DNA from: a bacterium
Lineage (GTDB): Bacteria > UBA8248
NCBI GenBank assembly: GCA_965261085.1
Contig: OZ253442.1
Coordinates: forward strand, 2,464,001 to 2,528,000
Length of the DNA stretch: 64,000 nucleotides
Reading direction: 5' to 3'
Part shown: piece by piece, positions 27,064-37,577 of the stretch
Position numbering within the stretch: position 1 is the first letter of the stretch
Layout of the letters: each line of letters begins with the position of its first letter
The notes under the pieces: generated by a model
What the model was told of the DNA's origin: nothing
Seen by the model: the letters and a program-made list of their open reading frames with translations, nothing else
Databases searched by the model: none
Translations under genes and position numbers: made by a program

Positions 27064-29919
27064 CTACATCCCGATCCCGCGCGACGCCGAGCCCTTCTCC
27101 GTCCCCGGCGTCCGCCCCCTGGACTCTCGCGCGGAGTCCTCCCGGTCGAGATCGCGGGTCATTTTCGGTCCGGCCTCGGGCGCCTTCTCCGGCGCGATCG
27201 CCTCGAGGGCCGCGATACGCTCCCCGGTCGTAGCCTCGAGCCGCTCCCGCAGTACCTTTGCATCGTCGGTCACGAGTTCCGCCCGGTCCCGGGCGCGGCT
27301 GATCTCCACGTAGAGCGTCTTCTGGTTGGTGAGATTGGGGTGGTTCGCCTCCATCGCGGCGATGACCGTATCCACCGTCCGGCCCTGGAAGGCGTGCACG
27401 GTCGAGGCCCAGGCGCGGTCGATATGGCGCAGTTGGGGATCGCCGGAAGTCATGTCGAGGGTGCGCCCGTCCTCGAGGCGGAAGCTCACGCGACCCTCTT
27501 TCACGCTTGACACCTCGGCGGTCTGGCTGTTGACCAGGCCGAGGTCCTTATCGTTGCGGGTCCAGCGGACCCGGTCGCCCCGGCGAAGTTCCATTTGCTC
27601 GACCCTGTAGACCTCGACCCCGCCGCTTCGCGCCGCGAGACGACCCGGCGCCCAGAGGACCGAGCGCCCGTCTTTGCTCTCGAGCCTTACCGCGCCGTCC
27701 GCGTGATCGACGCCTGATACGCGAAGTTCATCTCCCTTCTCTACGTCGAGACGCTTGTAGGGACGGTGGAAGGCCACCACGTCGCCAGGTGCGTAGTTCG
27801 CGGATAACGATTTCTCGGCGTGGGTGTAGCCGCGGGAGACGAGTCGTTCGGACTTCATGGCCGGGCCATGGACTACGCCGTCCCTGATCAGGCGCTCGCG
27901 CACGATGGCATTGATTTGCTCACGGATCGCATGGCTCGGCGCCATCAGTCCGGCCTTGGCGCGCGCCTCTGGGGAAAGCCCGAGCCAGCGCGCGGCGGCG
28001 GCGCCCGCAAGGTTGTCCGGTCTCACTTCGGCGACGTTGGAACCGAGCTTCTCAAAAGCGCGCTTCACGTCGCCGGCGAGGCTCGCCTCGACCGCGGCTT
28101 TGAGCTCCGGGTCGCGCTGGCGCATGATCTCTTTCATGACCGCAGTCTTCATGCCCGCTCCTTGTAGCTGCGCGAACGGCTTGCCGGCGTCCACGGCGTC
28201 GAGTTGTTTCGCATCGCCGACCAGCACGACCCGGGGCAATCGCAACACGTCCGTGATCTTGAGCAGTTCGCGGACCTCGCGCGTGGAGGCGAGGGAACCC
28301 TCGTCCACCACGAGGGCGGTCTTCCTGTAAGCCGCGCGCATTTGCTTCTGGGTCTTTTTCGTGAGGCGGCCCTGGGCTAGACCTGCGTTGCGCGCGAGGA
28401 AGCGCTGCAGCGTCTCGCTCGGGATCCCGGCTTCGGCTTCCAGTGTCCGCGCGGCCGATGCCGAGGGCGCGAGACCCTTGACCTCGTAGCCGCGCTTCTC
28501 CAGAAGTGCGCGGGCGCGGTTCAGCATGGTGGTCTTGCCGGTCCCGGCGTAGCCCTGCACACCGACGGTGCGGTCATATTCTGAGAGAATGAGTTTGACC
28601 GCGTCCCTCTGGCCCACTGTGAGCGGACCTTTTCGGAGCGCCTTGTCCACGGCGCGGGCGCGCATCGCGGGAGAACCCCGTCCCCGGCCGGCCTCGAGCA
28701 GGGCGATCGTCTCGCGCTCTGCGGCAACGGCCCTGTCCGTGGTGAGTACGTCCTTCGCTCCGGGCAAGTCCGCAGCGTGCAGGGTTCCCGCCTTCTCCAG
28801 CCTGGCGACTTCGCGTTCGGCCTCCGCCATCGATACGGCGCCCGGGTCCCAGGCGAGCGCGCCGGCGAGGAGACTGGCGCGGGAGAAGACCGCCTCGCGC
28901 TCGGCGAGATGCGCCACGGCCCATTCCACGGCTTCGCGGGCGGGTCCGGCAGTCTCGTCCGCGCCCCGTCCTGCGTCCCTGGATACGGCGCCCCTCGACA
29001 TGGCTTCGGCGGCGAGGGTTTTAGGGTCGAAGCCCAGGTCTGCGGCTTGCTTCTCCCAGGTGGCTCTGAGAGTCGTCTTGTCGACCTCGCGCTTGCGCGC
29101 CCGGGTCATGAGCGCCGCGCGCTGGGCCAAGCGCTGGTTCTCCGCCGTCGCGCCCGCGCCCCGCTCCGCCACCGCCGCCTCGATCTCAGCCCTTCGGGTC
29201 GAGAACGCCTCGATCACGTTGCGCGGTACGCCCGCGATCTCGAAGCGCCCGTCGGCGTGGGTCTTTTCTGTCCTGTAGCCGAACACCTCGAGTTCGCGCG
29301 CTAGTTCGCTCCGGTAGGCGGCGCCGATCAGCATCTTGTGAGCATAGAGTTTTTCGTTGGACATGGCGCGCCACTTGCCGTCAGCACCCCGGACCATGTT
29401 GGCGATCACCGAGTGGGTGTGGAGCAGGGGGTCCATGTTGCGCGAGGCGTCGTGCCGGAAGGTCGCGACGACGCTCTTCTGATCGCCTGCACGGACGATC
29501 CCTCCTGTCCTGGGGTCGCTCATGCGGGTCTCGGCGACGTTCCTCTCGACCCACGTGAGAGTGCGCGCGACGGCCGCATCATGCGCCTTTATCACGCGCG
29601 CGTCGCCTCCCACGAGTGCGAGAAGGGAAACGGATTTAGGGGCCGAGAAGGTGAGGTCGCGTCCGGGCCGGTGATGGATGCCGCCGTCCTTGCCCCGGCG
29701 GCCGAGCCTGCGGCCGGAGCCGTCGGGCACCTCTCCTTCCAACACCGCGCGGAAGACGTCCGGGTCGACCGGGCCCGAGAGGCCGAGTTCCTCGGCGCCC
29801 TTTCCCGCCCAGGCGCTCGCCTCCTTATGCGCCGGGTCGTCCTTCGCGTAGTAGCCGTCCCGCTCGTAATAGGACGCGCCCTGCGCGGGAGCGGCGACGG
29901 CGCCGATCGATGCGACCAT
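27064..29919 (-). CDS. traI: MOBF relaxase-helicase (TrwC/TraI-like)
   Basis: YY..DGYY, DLTFSAPKSVS, H...DPLLHTH, FSTRR, helicase GYAGTGKTT, DEGS, LVGDAKQ. Confidence 0.95.
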   Translation of the reverse strand: MVASIGAVAAPAQGASYYERDGYYAKDDPAHKEASAWAGKGAEELGLSGPVDPDVFRAVLEGEVPDGSGRRLGRRGKDGGIHHRPGRDLTFSAPKSVSLLALVGGDARVIKAHDAAVARTLTWVERNVAETRMSDPRTGGIVRAGDQKSVVATFRHDASRNMDPLLHTHSVIANMVRGADGKWRAMSNEKLYAHKMLIGAAYRSELARELEVFGYRTEKTHADGRFEIAGVPRNVIEAFSTRRAEIEAAVAERGAGATAENQRLAQRAALMTRARKREVDKTTLRATWEKQAADLGFDPKTLAAEAMSRGAVSRDAGRGADETAGPAREAVEWAVAHLAEREAVFSRASLLAGALAWDPGAVSMAEAEREVARLEKAGTLHAADLPGAKDVLTTDRAVAAERETIALLEAGRGRGSPAMRARAVDKALRKGPLTVGQRDAVKLILSEYDRTVGVQGYAGTGKTTMLNRARALLEKRGYEVKGLAPSASAARTLEAEAGIPSETLQRFLARNAGLAQGRLTKKTQKQMRAAYRKTALVVDEGSLASTREVRELLKITDVLRLPRVVLVGDAKQLDAVDAGKPFAQLQGAGMKTAVMKEIMRQRDPELKAAVEASLAGDVKRAFEKLGSNVAEVRPDNLAGAAAARWLGLSPEARAKAGLMAPSHAIREQINAIVRERLIRDGVVHGPAMKSERLVSRGYTHAEKSLSANYAPGDVVAFHRPYKRLDVEKGDELRVSGVDHADGAVRLESKDGRSVLWAPGRLAARSGGVEVYRVEQMELRRGDRVRWTRNDKDLGLVNSQTAEVSSVKEGRVSFRLEDGRTLDMTSGDPQLRHIDRAWASTVHAFQGRTVDTVIAAMEANHPNLTNQKTLYVEISRARDRAELVTDDAKVLRERLEATTGERIAALEAIAPEKAPEAGPKMTRDLDREDSARESRGRTPGTEKGSASRGIGM

Positions 29920-31869
29920 TTAATAATTCCTGAGATGGTCTTGATACGGCTCCCGTTGCGGCTCCTCGCACCCGGACGCCTCGTTACCGCTTATCTCCCG
30001 AAGCGGGAGGGCAGAAGCGCCTTCGGCGCCTGTTCCACCCTCATCGCTTGGATCCGTTTCCTCATTCCGGGGATCGACCCCGGTTTCCTGCGCCACGGCC
30101 TCCGCGCCTCCCCCCTCGGGGAGGGAAGCATCGTCTCTCGGCACGAAGCTATCGGCCGCCTTGGGCCTTTTCACGTAGGGAAGCCTGATCCGGGCCACGG
30201 GCCAGGGGCCGGGGAATTTGAGGTAGCCGCATAAATTCTCGAGGCGCATGATCTCGGACGGCAGGGCCAGGGGCCGCATCTCGCGGCGCTGGGTGAGCGA
30301 GACCCCGTCCCGCATCGCGCTCGCTCCGTAGCTCAGGCCCTGCGCGTATTCCGTGACCTCGCCGCGTCCCAGGCTCTCGGCCGACCAGCGCGCGGTCTCC
30401 TGATCAGGCGCCGCCAGCACCACCCGGGTGCCGCACAGCCCCGATACGGTCTCGGCGCCGTTTCGCCCATACAAATCGCGCAGGGCGGAGAACACCTGGA
30501 TCCCGAGCACGAAACAGCCGCCGAACTGGCGCGATTCGGCGAGTCCGGGCTGGAGACTCGGCACCTGGTGTAAGGTGGGAAGTTCGTCGAGCACCACCCA
30601 GACCCTGCGCGCGTCGTCCCGGCCGAGGGATAAGAGCGCGTTGACGGCGATTTCGAGCCAGGTGGAGATGAGACCTCTCAAGCTCGCGTGCTGGTCGCCG
30701 CGTGAGGTCAGGAACAGGAAGCCTGATTCATCCTCGCGTTCCACCCACTCTCTTATCGAGAAGGGTGCGCCCGTGTCGGGCAGGAACTCGAGCGCGCTCA
30801 AATGCGCGGTCAGCATGGCGCGTACCGAGAGTGCGGTCTTCGGGTTTTCCGGGTCCACGATGGACTGGGCCACCGTGCCCTCCATGGCCTGGGCCAGGGC
30901 GGTGAGTTCGGTCTTGAGCAGGTGATCGACCAGCACCCGGTTCTCGGTCACGCCCCGTTTCCAGAGGACGCCGGCGCCGTTTGAGAACAGCTGCCGCGCG
31001 GCCGTGACCCAGAAGGGGTCCACCGTGTCCTTCTGCTGGGGGATAAGAGCGGCGGCCATCGTGTCGAAGTCACGCGGCGTCCTCGCCTCGAAAAAAGGCG
31101 ACCAGCGCGGCGCCCGGGCGTCGAGTGGATTCATCAGAACGTCGCGGGCGGGGTCGAAGAAGGCCCCCGTATAGCTTCCCATCTTGTCGTAGAGGATGCA
31201 GCGCTCGCCCCGGGCGCGGATTTGGGCGACCAAGTCCGAGATCAGGACGGTCTTGCCCGAACCGGTGGTGCCCGAGACGATGGTGTGCTGGGTCTCGGCG
31301 CGCGCGGGCCAGGGGATCCCTGCGATGCGGCAAGACGCCCGTCGAGCGGCCGGGAGCAAGGCTTCGGCCAGGCGGGAGGAGAGAGGCTGCACGCGCCTCC
31401 CGAGCGCACCGGCGGATGTCATCTCGGCGCCCCGGACCCTCTGCGCGCGGGCCAGGCGCCGGCCCAGGAGCCAGAAGATGCCCGCGCAGAGGACGCCGCC
31501 GCCCAGGCCGATCCACAGCCCCAGCCACGCCCCGGCGTAGACGGTCGCGAGCAGGCGCCTCCTGATCCGCTCGATCCGGGGGTCAGCCGCGATGAGGGCG
31601 ATCCGCTCGCTCGTCCGCTCGCCTTCTCGCCACTCGTAAGCCTGGCCCGAATCGGGAGAATATCCCAGGCCGAGCTTGGCCTCGGCCAAGACGCCCAGGC
31701 CTACGACCCGCCACTCGTGGGCGCTCGTCGTGGTGAATACCGATACGGCGGGGACCAGAACGATCGTCAGGAGGAGTCCTATAATCCCCCAGCGGACGAG
31801 CTGGCCCCACATATGGACGTCGTGCAGGAGGGTCTGGCCTCCTCTCAAGGTTGCGTTTCCGAAGGTCAT
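29920..31869 (-). CDS. traD: type IV coupling protein TraD/TrwB
   Basis: Two N-terminal TMs, GTTGSGKT, YDKMG, NPLDAR, LDELPTL. Confidence 0.95.
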   Translation of the reverse strand: MTFGNATLRGGQTLLHDVHMWGQLVRWGIIGLLLTIVLVPAVSVFTTTSAHEWRVVGLGVLAEAKLGLGYSPDSGQAYEWREGERTSERIALIAADPRIERIRRRLLATVYAGAWLGLWIGLGGGVLCAGIFWLLGRRLARAQRVRGAEMTSAGALGRRVQPLSSRLAEALLPAARRASCRIAGIPWPARAETQHTIVSGTTGSGKTVLISDLVAQIRARGERCILYDKMGSYTGAFFDPARDVLMNPLDARAPRWSPFFEARTPRDFDTMAAALIPQQKDTVDPFWVTAARQLFSNGAGVLWKRGVTENRVLVDHLLKTELTALAQAMEGTVAQSIVDPENPKTALSVRAMLTAHLSALEFLPDTGAPFSIREWVEREDESGFLFLTSRGDQHASLRGLISTWLEIAVNALLSLGRDDARRVWVVLDELPTLHQVPSLQPGLAESRQFGGCFVLGIQVFSALRDLYGRNGAETVSGLCGTRVVLAAPDQETARWSAESLGRGEVTEYAQGLSYGASAMRDGVSLTQRREMRPLALPSEIMRLENLCGYLKFPGPWPVARIRLPYVKRPKAADSFVPRDDASLPEGGGAEAVAQETGVDPRNEETDPSDEGGTGAEGASALPLREISGNEASGCEEPQREPYQDHLRNY

Positions 31870-32044
31870 CGTGTCCTCCCGTTCGAGGTTGTGTGGACGG
31901 CTGCGCTCCGGGCGCCGCTTTGTCGTATTGCGCCGGTCAAGAGGCGGAGGAAGACGGGGGCGGAAGGCGCGGGAGCAGGTTCCGGAGAGAGTTTATGGCA
32001 TGGCGCCCGCCGCCTATCGACTCGCAACTTGGGAGGAAAGAGCA

Positions 32045-32395
32045 ATGACGGACCATAATCCATCCGGCCGCGTGAGGACCCTCGTCCTGGCGGGCCCTGC
32101 CCTCGCACTCCTCTTTACCGTCTTTTGTATCACCACCGGGATCGGGTTCCATCTGATCGTCGGCGTCTGGTTCTGCGCCGTTCTCTGGACCTTCTTCGGC
32201 GCGCTCATGGGCGTCCTGTGGCGGGGAATCCGCCATGGGGACTGGTCCGCCTTCCGCCGCTACGAGTTCCCCGAAGATGACGGCGAGCGGTTCGACTGGT
32301 CGACCCGGACCGGCCGCTACGCCTGGCACCGGGATTACGAAGAACAGGAGTTCCACGGCCATGACGACTTCCCCGGTCACGGCCCCATTACCTGA
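32045..32395 (+). CDS. small two-TM membrane protein, candidate entry exclusion factor
   Basis: GGAGG RBS, hydrophobic N-half and acidic tail, convergent with and overlapping the traG 3' end. Confidence 0.55.
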   Translation: MTDHNPSGRVRTLVLAGPALALLFTVFCITTGIGFHLIVGVWFCAVLWTFFGALMGVLWRGIRHGDWSAFRRYEFPEDDGERFDWSTRTGRYAWHRDYEEQEFHGHDDFPGHGPIT

Positions 32396-35298
32396 TCGCC
32401 CGAAAAGCCACTCCCGCCTCCGCGCTCTTTCCTCTCGTCCTGCTCCTTCCCCTCGGGCCCGGGCGCCGCGTTCCGTGCGGTGCCGTAGAGTTTCCCCCCC
32501 AGCCATTCGCCCACGAGCGGGACCTCTCTCGCCGCGTGCTCATTGAACGGCCTGTCGGCCTCCGCCGCGATTTTAGGGCGGCCCTGTCCGATGGATTCTT
32601 CCGCCATCCCGGCACGGGCCACCCGCCCCGCTTCGCGGATATCGAGTTCGGTCTCGATCTCGGCGCGCCCGCGCGCAGCCCGCTCCCCGGCGTCGCCCGG
32701 CCCGGGTGTCCCGGCGCCCCGCGCCCGCGCGCGCACCGAGTCCGACCAGCCCGCCCAGGCGGCCCCTGTCCCGCTCACGCCGGACTCCCGCAATTCCTCG
32801 CGCGCGCGCTCGTAACTCGCAGGCCCCGGTGCCGTGCGCACCCCCTCGGGCGCCGGAAAACGCTCGGCGATGAAGGCGGCGGCGTGTGTGCGCAGGACTT
32901 CCGCGTCTTCGGTCGTCTGCGGCGAGGCGAGACGCATGGCGCCGGCCACGCCTATCTCGCGCCCGTCCGCGCCGGTACGCGCGCTCAGCCAGGCGAAGAA
33001 GGGCTGGCCGAGTTCGCTGTCGATCGACTGGGAGCGGCCGCGCACCTGGGCCGCCTGGGAACTCCAGTTCTCCGCTTCGCGGCGGCTCACCGCCTCCTGA
33101 TCGGAGAAGCGGCGCATCCTCGTCATGTTGGCGCCCAAACTCTCATCCAGGCTCTTGAGTTCGCTCTCACCCGAAGCGGTCGAATAACGCCTCGAAGCAT
33201 CGGAGACCCGGGACCAGTGGTCGAGCAACTGGTTCTGGCCCGCGTAGTCGGTCATGCGGTTCCAGGCTTCGCGCCCGAAGGTCTGGCCCCTCCAGCTCGC
33301 GGAGCCGTCCGCCCCGAACTTGACGATGAAGTCGAACCCTCCGCCCACCCTGGCCTCACCCGTGAGGACGGCGGCCTGCTCCTTCGTGATGCCGCCGGCC
33401 TCGGAGAGTTTTTCGAGATGGGATTCGAGGCGCTGCGCGCTCAGGTTCTGGCTCTCCGTCACCCCCCTCGCATGGGTGAGGCCGGTCCGCGCGTCCCGGG
33501 AAAAACGCTCGACCATGGCCGCTGAATCGGTCGCGGCGGCCGTTCGCGCCGTCGCGGCCTCGGCCGACCAGTGACGGGCCTGCTCGAGAGCCGCGCCCGC
33601 CCGGACCTCGTGGCTGGATGCGAGTGATTCGGAGAGTCTCACGCCCGCCGCCGGGACCCGGCTGGTGGCGGAGGCGGCGTCCATCACGGCGGCCCCCTCT
33701 CCGGTCACGGTGTAGGCCGCGCCGCCTGGGGCGAACCCCGTGTAGCGGTCCGTGTCGACGTGGGCCGAGGTGCGGAGCTGGTGTCCCTCGAGCGATGCGA
33801 AGCGGTGCGTGTCTCCTTGCGTGTTGGCGAGCGAGATGTTGCCCGTCGTACCTTCCTGCGCGGCCGATGAGGCCGCGTCCTGGCCGACCGATAGGACCGA
33901 GGTCGCGAGGCTGGTCGTCCTGCCCACCCCGTAGGCCAGGGCCGCGGCCAAGAAGGGCACCGACATCGAGAGGTAGCCCGACATCACCGCCACGTCTGAG
34001 GCCACGGCCCGGATCCCCGCCTGGGCGACGAGCGAGACGCCGATCTCCCCACCCGGCATCAGCGCGCCCGCGCCCATGCGCTCGGCGGCCTCGCCCATGG
34101 CGATGCGGTGCAGGACGGCGTAGAGCGGCCCCCAGCTCTGCAACCAGACCAGCCCCGCGAAGTAGGAGCGGAATATCCCTTCGCCCGCGGGGGTGAGCAT
34201 CAACAGGACCGCCATGGGAAACGCCCCCACGTAGAGGCACTCGAACACGATGCGAAGCATGGGGACCCAGGTCTCCGCCTGGCGTCCGATGGCCCGGTAG
34301 GCCGAGACGGTCTGGGCCTCGGCCCGGGCTTCGGTATAGGCTCTCAGCGCAGCGGCGTTCCCGGCTTCGGCGCTCCATTGCTCGCCCGCGCCGTGGACGG
34401 CGTTTAAGACCATCTGCTGGCGCAGGATCTCGGCCGCGGACCTCGATGCCCCGATCAGGTAGTCGTGGGCGGCGGGCAGCGCCGCCAGCAGTTCGGCCCT
34501 CGCCAGCGCCTCGCTCGCCGCCCCGGGGAAGAGTCTCCGCCCGAATATCCCCGACGCCCTCGCGATCTCCGCCCCCCAGAGCGCGTCGAGCCGCGAGGCG
34601 GCCGTAGCGCAGGTCACGATCTCACGCTCTATCGGCGTGGCACCCGTGCCGGCCGGTGCGCCACGGGTGGCGTATTCGACCATGCGCGCGGGCGAGGCCC
34701 CGGCCGAGGGTGAGCCCGAAGCGGTGACGAGCGCCCAGAGGTCGGTACTCTCGCGCAGGTCGTCGGCCGAAATGTGGCCCAGCAGCAGGGCGTGGAACAC
34801 GCACTGCCGCGCATAGGCCCGGAGGTTCCGGGCGAAGACGGCGTCGGTCACCTCCATCCGGGTCGCGGCGGCCGCGAGCCTGGCGCCGAAGATGAAGCCG
34901 TGGCGGCGGTAGGCCAGGTCGTCCGGGAGGGAGAAGGCCTGCTCGGTCAGCCGGGTGAGCCCGTCACCCACCCGGCTCGTCACGGAGGCGAAGAGCGCGA
35001 GACCGAGCGGCACGTTCGCCACGACCGCGGGCGCGAGCGCAGGGTCCAGCCTGTCCACCACCCGCACGGTCGCCTTCGGGACCACCAGCGCACCCCATAC
35101 GCAGACGAAGAGAAGCAGCCACTTCGCGTTGTCCTTCCACGACCCGCCGAAGGCGGTGCGGAAGAGCACCCAGGCGAGTCCCGTGACGCCCGCAATCTGC
35201 GCCAGCGTCACGAAGGCCCCCCCGCCGGTGATCGCGGCCACGGCGTTCAAGAGATCGACCAGGTAGGTCCCGCCGCCCAGGGTGAAGAGTTCGTACAT
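32377..35298 (-). CDS. traG: F-type mating-pair stabilisation protein TraG
   Basis: MYELFTLGGG...LLNAVAA, VANVPLGLA, WLQSWGPLYAVLH, GYLSMSVP. Confidence 0.92.
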   Translation of the reverse strand: MYELFTLGGGTYLVDLLNAVAAITGGGAFVTLAQIAGVTGLAWVLFRTAFGGSWKDNAKWLLLFVCVWGALVVPKATVRVVDRLDPALAPAVVANVPLGLALFASVTSRVGDGLTRLTEQAFSLPDDLAYRRHGFIFGARLAAAATRMEVTDAVFARNLRAYARQCVFHALLLGHISADDLRESTDLWALVTASGSPSAGASPARMVEYATRGAPAGTGATPIEREIVTCATAASRLDALWGAEIARASGIFGRRLFPGAASEALARAELLAALPAAHDYLIGASRSAAEILRQQMVLNAVHGAGEQWSAEAGNAAALRAYTEARAEAQTVSAYRAIGRQAETWVPMLRIVFECLYVGAFPMAVLLMLTPAGEGIFRSYFAGLVWLQSWGPLYAVLHRIAMGEAAERMGAGALMPGGEIGVSLVAQAGIRAVASDVAVMSGYLSMSVPFLAAALAYGVGRTTSLATSVLSVGQDAASSAAQEGTTGNISLANTQGDTHRFASLEGHQLRTSAHVDTDRYTGFAPGGAAYTVTGEGAAVMDAASATSRVPAAGVRLSESLASSHEVRAGAALEQARHWSAEAATARTAAATDSAAMVERFSRDARTGLTHARGVTESQNLSAQRLESHLEKLSEAGGITKEQAAVLTGEARVGGGFDFIVKFGADGSASWRGQTFGREAWNRMTDYAGQNQLLDHWSRVSDASRRYSTASGESELKSLDESLGANMTRMRRFSDQEAVSRREAENWSSQAAQVRGRSQSIDSELGQPFFAWLSARTGADGREIGVAGAMRLASPQTTEDAEVLRTHAAAFIAERFPAPEGVRTAPGPASYERAREELRESGVSGTGAAWAGWSDSVRARARGAGTPGPGDAGERAARGRAEIETELDIREAGRVARAGMAEESIGQGRPKIAAEADRPFNEHAAREVPLVGEWLGGKLYGTARNAAPGPEGKEQDERKERGGGSGFSGDQVMGP

Positions 35299-35320
35299 GG
35301 AGTGTTTTCCCTTACCGCTG

Positions 35321-36762
35321 TTAGCGGGCGCCTGCGGCGCCGCGGGAGAAGGCGAGCGCCGCGCGGAGTTCGGCCGAGAGCGCGCCCGCGAGTTCGGTCT
35401 CGATGAGCCGGAGCTTCTCGACCACGGCGAGGGCGGTGTTGAAGCGCGCAAGTCCCTCGTGGCGATGCCGCGCGAGAGCCGTGCGGTTCCTGCGGAGCCC
35501 CTCGCGCCAGCGCGCGAGCCGCTCGCCGTCTGCGACGTCCATGGCGCCCGCGCGTTCCTCGATTGTGCGGTGTACGTCCGATATCCAGACCTGGAGCACG
35601 TCGAGCGCCACGGCTTCGGCCAAGGCGTCCACCTCCTGGTCCACCACCGCGCCGCGATAGGCGGCTGCGGTGTTCACGATCCGGTAGACGGGCAGCGTCG
35701 TCAGGTTGACGAGTCCCAGGGCATCGGGCGGAGGCGCCGTGTCGGCGCGCACCGCTTCGACGAGGCGGCGGAGCAGCTCCGCCACCCGGTTCCTGAAGCC
35801 GCGCGCCGCGGGCACGGTGAGCCTCCCAAGACGGGGTTGAGACATTCATCGGAAGTGTCGCAGCGGTATACGGGCAAGTCGCCGCCGCCCTCCATCAGGA
35901 TCTCGGTCACGCGGCGGTCGAGCGCCAGGGGCTCCAGCACGCGCACCCGGGGGCCGGAAGGATCGGAGTCCGATACCGGGGCGGTCACGATCATGCTCCC
36001 CGATACCGACATGGCGAATTCACCCAGGTCGCGGTCGGACGCCAGGAAGCCCGAGGCGCGCACCGCGCGCCAGGCGTAGTTCACGTTGACCGGCGCCTGG
36101 TCCCTGAGCGCCCCCGCTGCCGCGGCCAGGGTCGAGTGGCGTTTCCCGTCCGCGCCGCAGCCGTGGCGCGCGGCGGCGTAATCGGAAAAAATGCCCTGCC
36201 GCGTCCCGACCGCGGCGCAGATCGCGGCGCTCGCCCGGTCGTTCTTCGACCAGACCGCGCCGACGAGAGCCTGGGCCGTCTCGCAGGAATCGAGGTTCCG
36301 GTTGTTCACCCACTGGGCGAGGGCCCTCAGCTTCGACATGGTCTCTGCGATCACGGGCGAGATGGTCTCGAGCGCTAATTCGAAGGCGAAGCCCGCTGCG
36401 TTCTGGGCGACGGCGCGGGCGAAGGCGATCATCTGGTCGGAATCGATGAACGAGAACGCGCCTGCAAACGCGTCGATGCCGCCGCAACCGGCGCGGTAGG
36501 AGGGCAGGCTCACCGTGGCGATGGATTCGGAGCGAACCGGCGCTCTCAGGTAGAGATTACCGAGAGTCCAGTGGCCCGAGGCCTGGCCGTCGAAGGCGGT
36601 GGGTCCCGTGGTGTTCACGGCGGCGCCCCGCCAGAAGTTCTCCATCTCCGACATCACGTCCGCCCGGGCGGGCGGAGCGAGGCACAGTCCGGCGGTGAGC
36701 AACACCGCCATGAACCAGCGGGCGACCGCGGCGACCTCCGGGGTACTTTGCCTAGTAGTCAC
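35321..36762 (-). pseudogene. traH: TraH split by a single frameshift near 35826 (real lesion or sequencing error)
   Basis: PSYRAGCGGIDAFAGAFSFI...YRCDTSDECLNPVLG continues as RLTVPAARGF... in another frame. One extra G restores the frame. Confidence 0.88.
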
Positions 36763-37567
36763 TTCCCACCTCCCGCGTGGTGAGGGCGAAGATGCGCTCG
36801 GCCAACTGGTCCTCGGCGACGACGCCGTATGAGACCGGGAGCGCCCGTTTGCTCCGCGTGTCGTAGAGGACGACGGCGGGCAATACCGGGGCATTGATGC
36901 CGAGCCGCGCGGCGCGGCCTTGATCGGGCGCCGCCTCCGGCCAGCCCGCAAGCGGTCCGCCCGTCATCGAGACCGCGAGCACCTCTATCCCGTGACGAAG
37001 CGCGAAGGCGCGAAGTAGCGGTCCGAATACACGGCACGCGGGACACCGCTCGGAGCCCAGGTAGATCAGGCCGTAGCGTCGCCCAAGTCTGGCGAGCGCA
37101 CCATCGCGCTCGGCCCGGCGCTCATCCGACCAGAGTTTTTTGGCGAGCGCGCCCACCGGGCGCTTCAGCGTGTAGTCGAGAGCCGGATTCGCCCAGACCG
37201 TACGGCGGAAGGCGTCCGAGAAGGTGGCGGCGCTTTGCAGGGCTTTCTGCTGGAGAGCCAGGTAGGCCGTGACGTTCTCTGTGCTCGGTTCCAGGATCGC
37301 ACGCGCGCGGGCTTCCTCCAGCGTCCGGCGGGTCGTAAGGATGCGTTCGGTGGCGCTCGGGGGTTTCATGGGTGGCGCCGCCTGCGTCGCCGGCGTCTCC
37401 TTATTCTCCTCTTCCGTCGTTTCATCGCGGTCGCAATAGAAGTGCCAGCCGAGCGGAGACCCGGCATCGGGCGTACCGCACCACGAGCGCCATTCCCGCG
37501 CCTCCGCGGGAGACGCCGGGAGGACCGCGAGGAGGCAGGCGAGGATAAGGGCGTAGGCGATGGTCAT
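36752..37567 (-). CDS. traF: F-type TraF (thioredoxin-like)
   Basis: Signal peptide, GWHFYCD, AILEPSTENV, NPALDY, CPAC. Confidence 0.9.
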   Translation of the reverse strand: MTIAYALILACLLAVLPASPAEAREWRSWCGTPDAGSPLGWHFYCDRDETTEEENKETPATQAAPPMKPPSATERILTTRRTLEEARARAILEPSTENVTAYLALQQKALQSAATFSDAFRRTVWANPALDYTLKRPVGALAKKLWSDERRAERDGALARLGRRYGLIYLGSERCPACRVFGPLLRAFALRHGIEVLAVSMTGGPLAGWPEAAPDQGRAARLGINAPVLPAVVLYDTRSKRALPVSYGVVAEDQLAERIFALTTREVGSDY

Positions 37568-37577
37568 GGTCGTCTCC

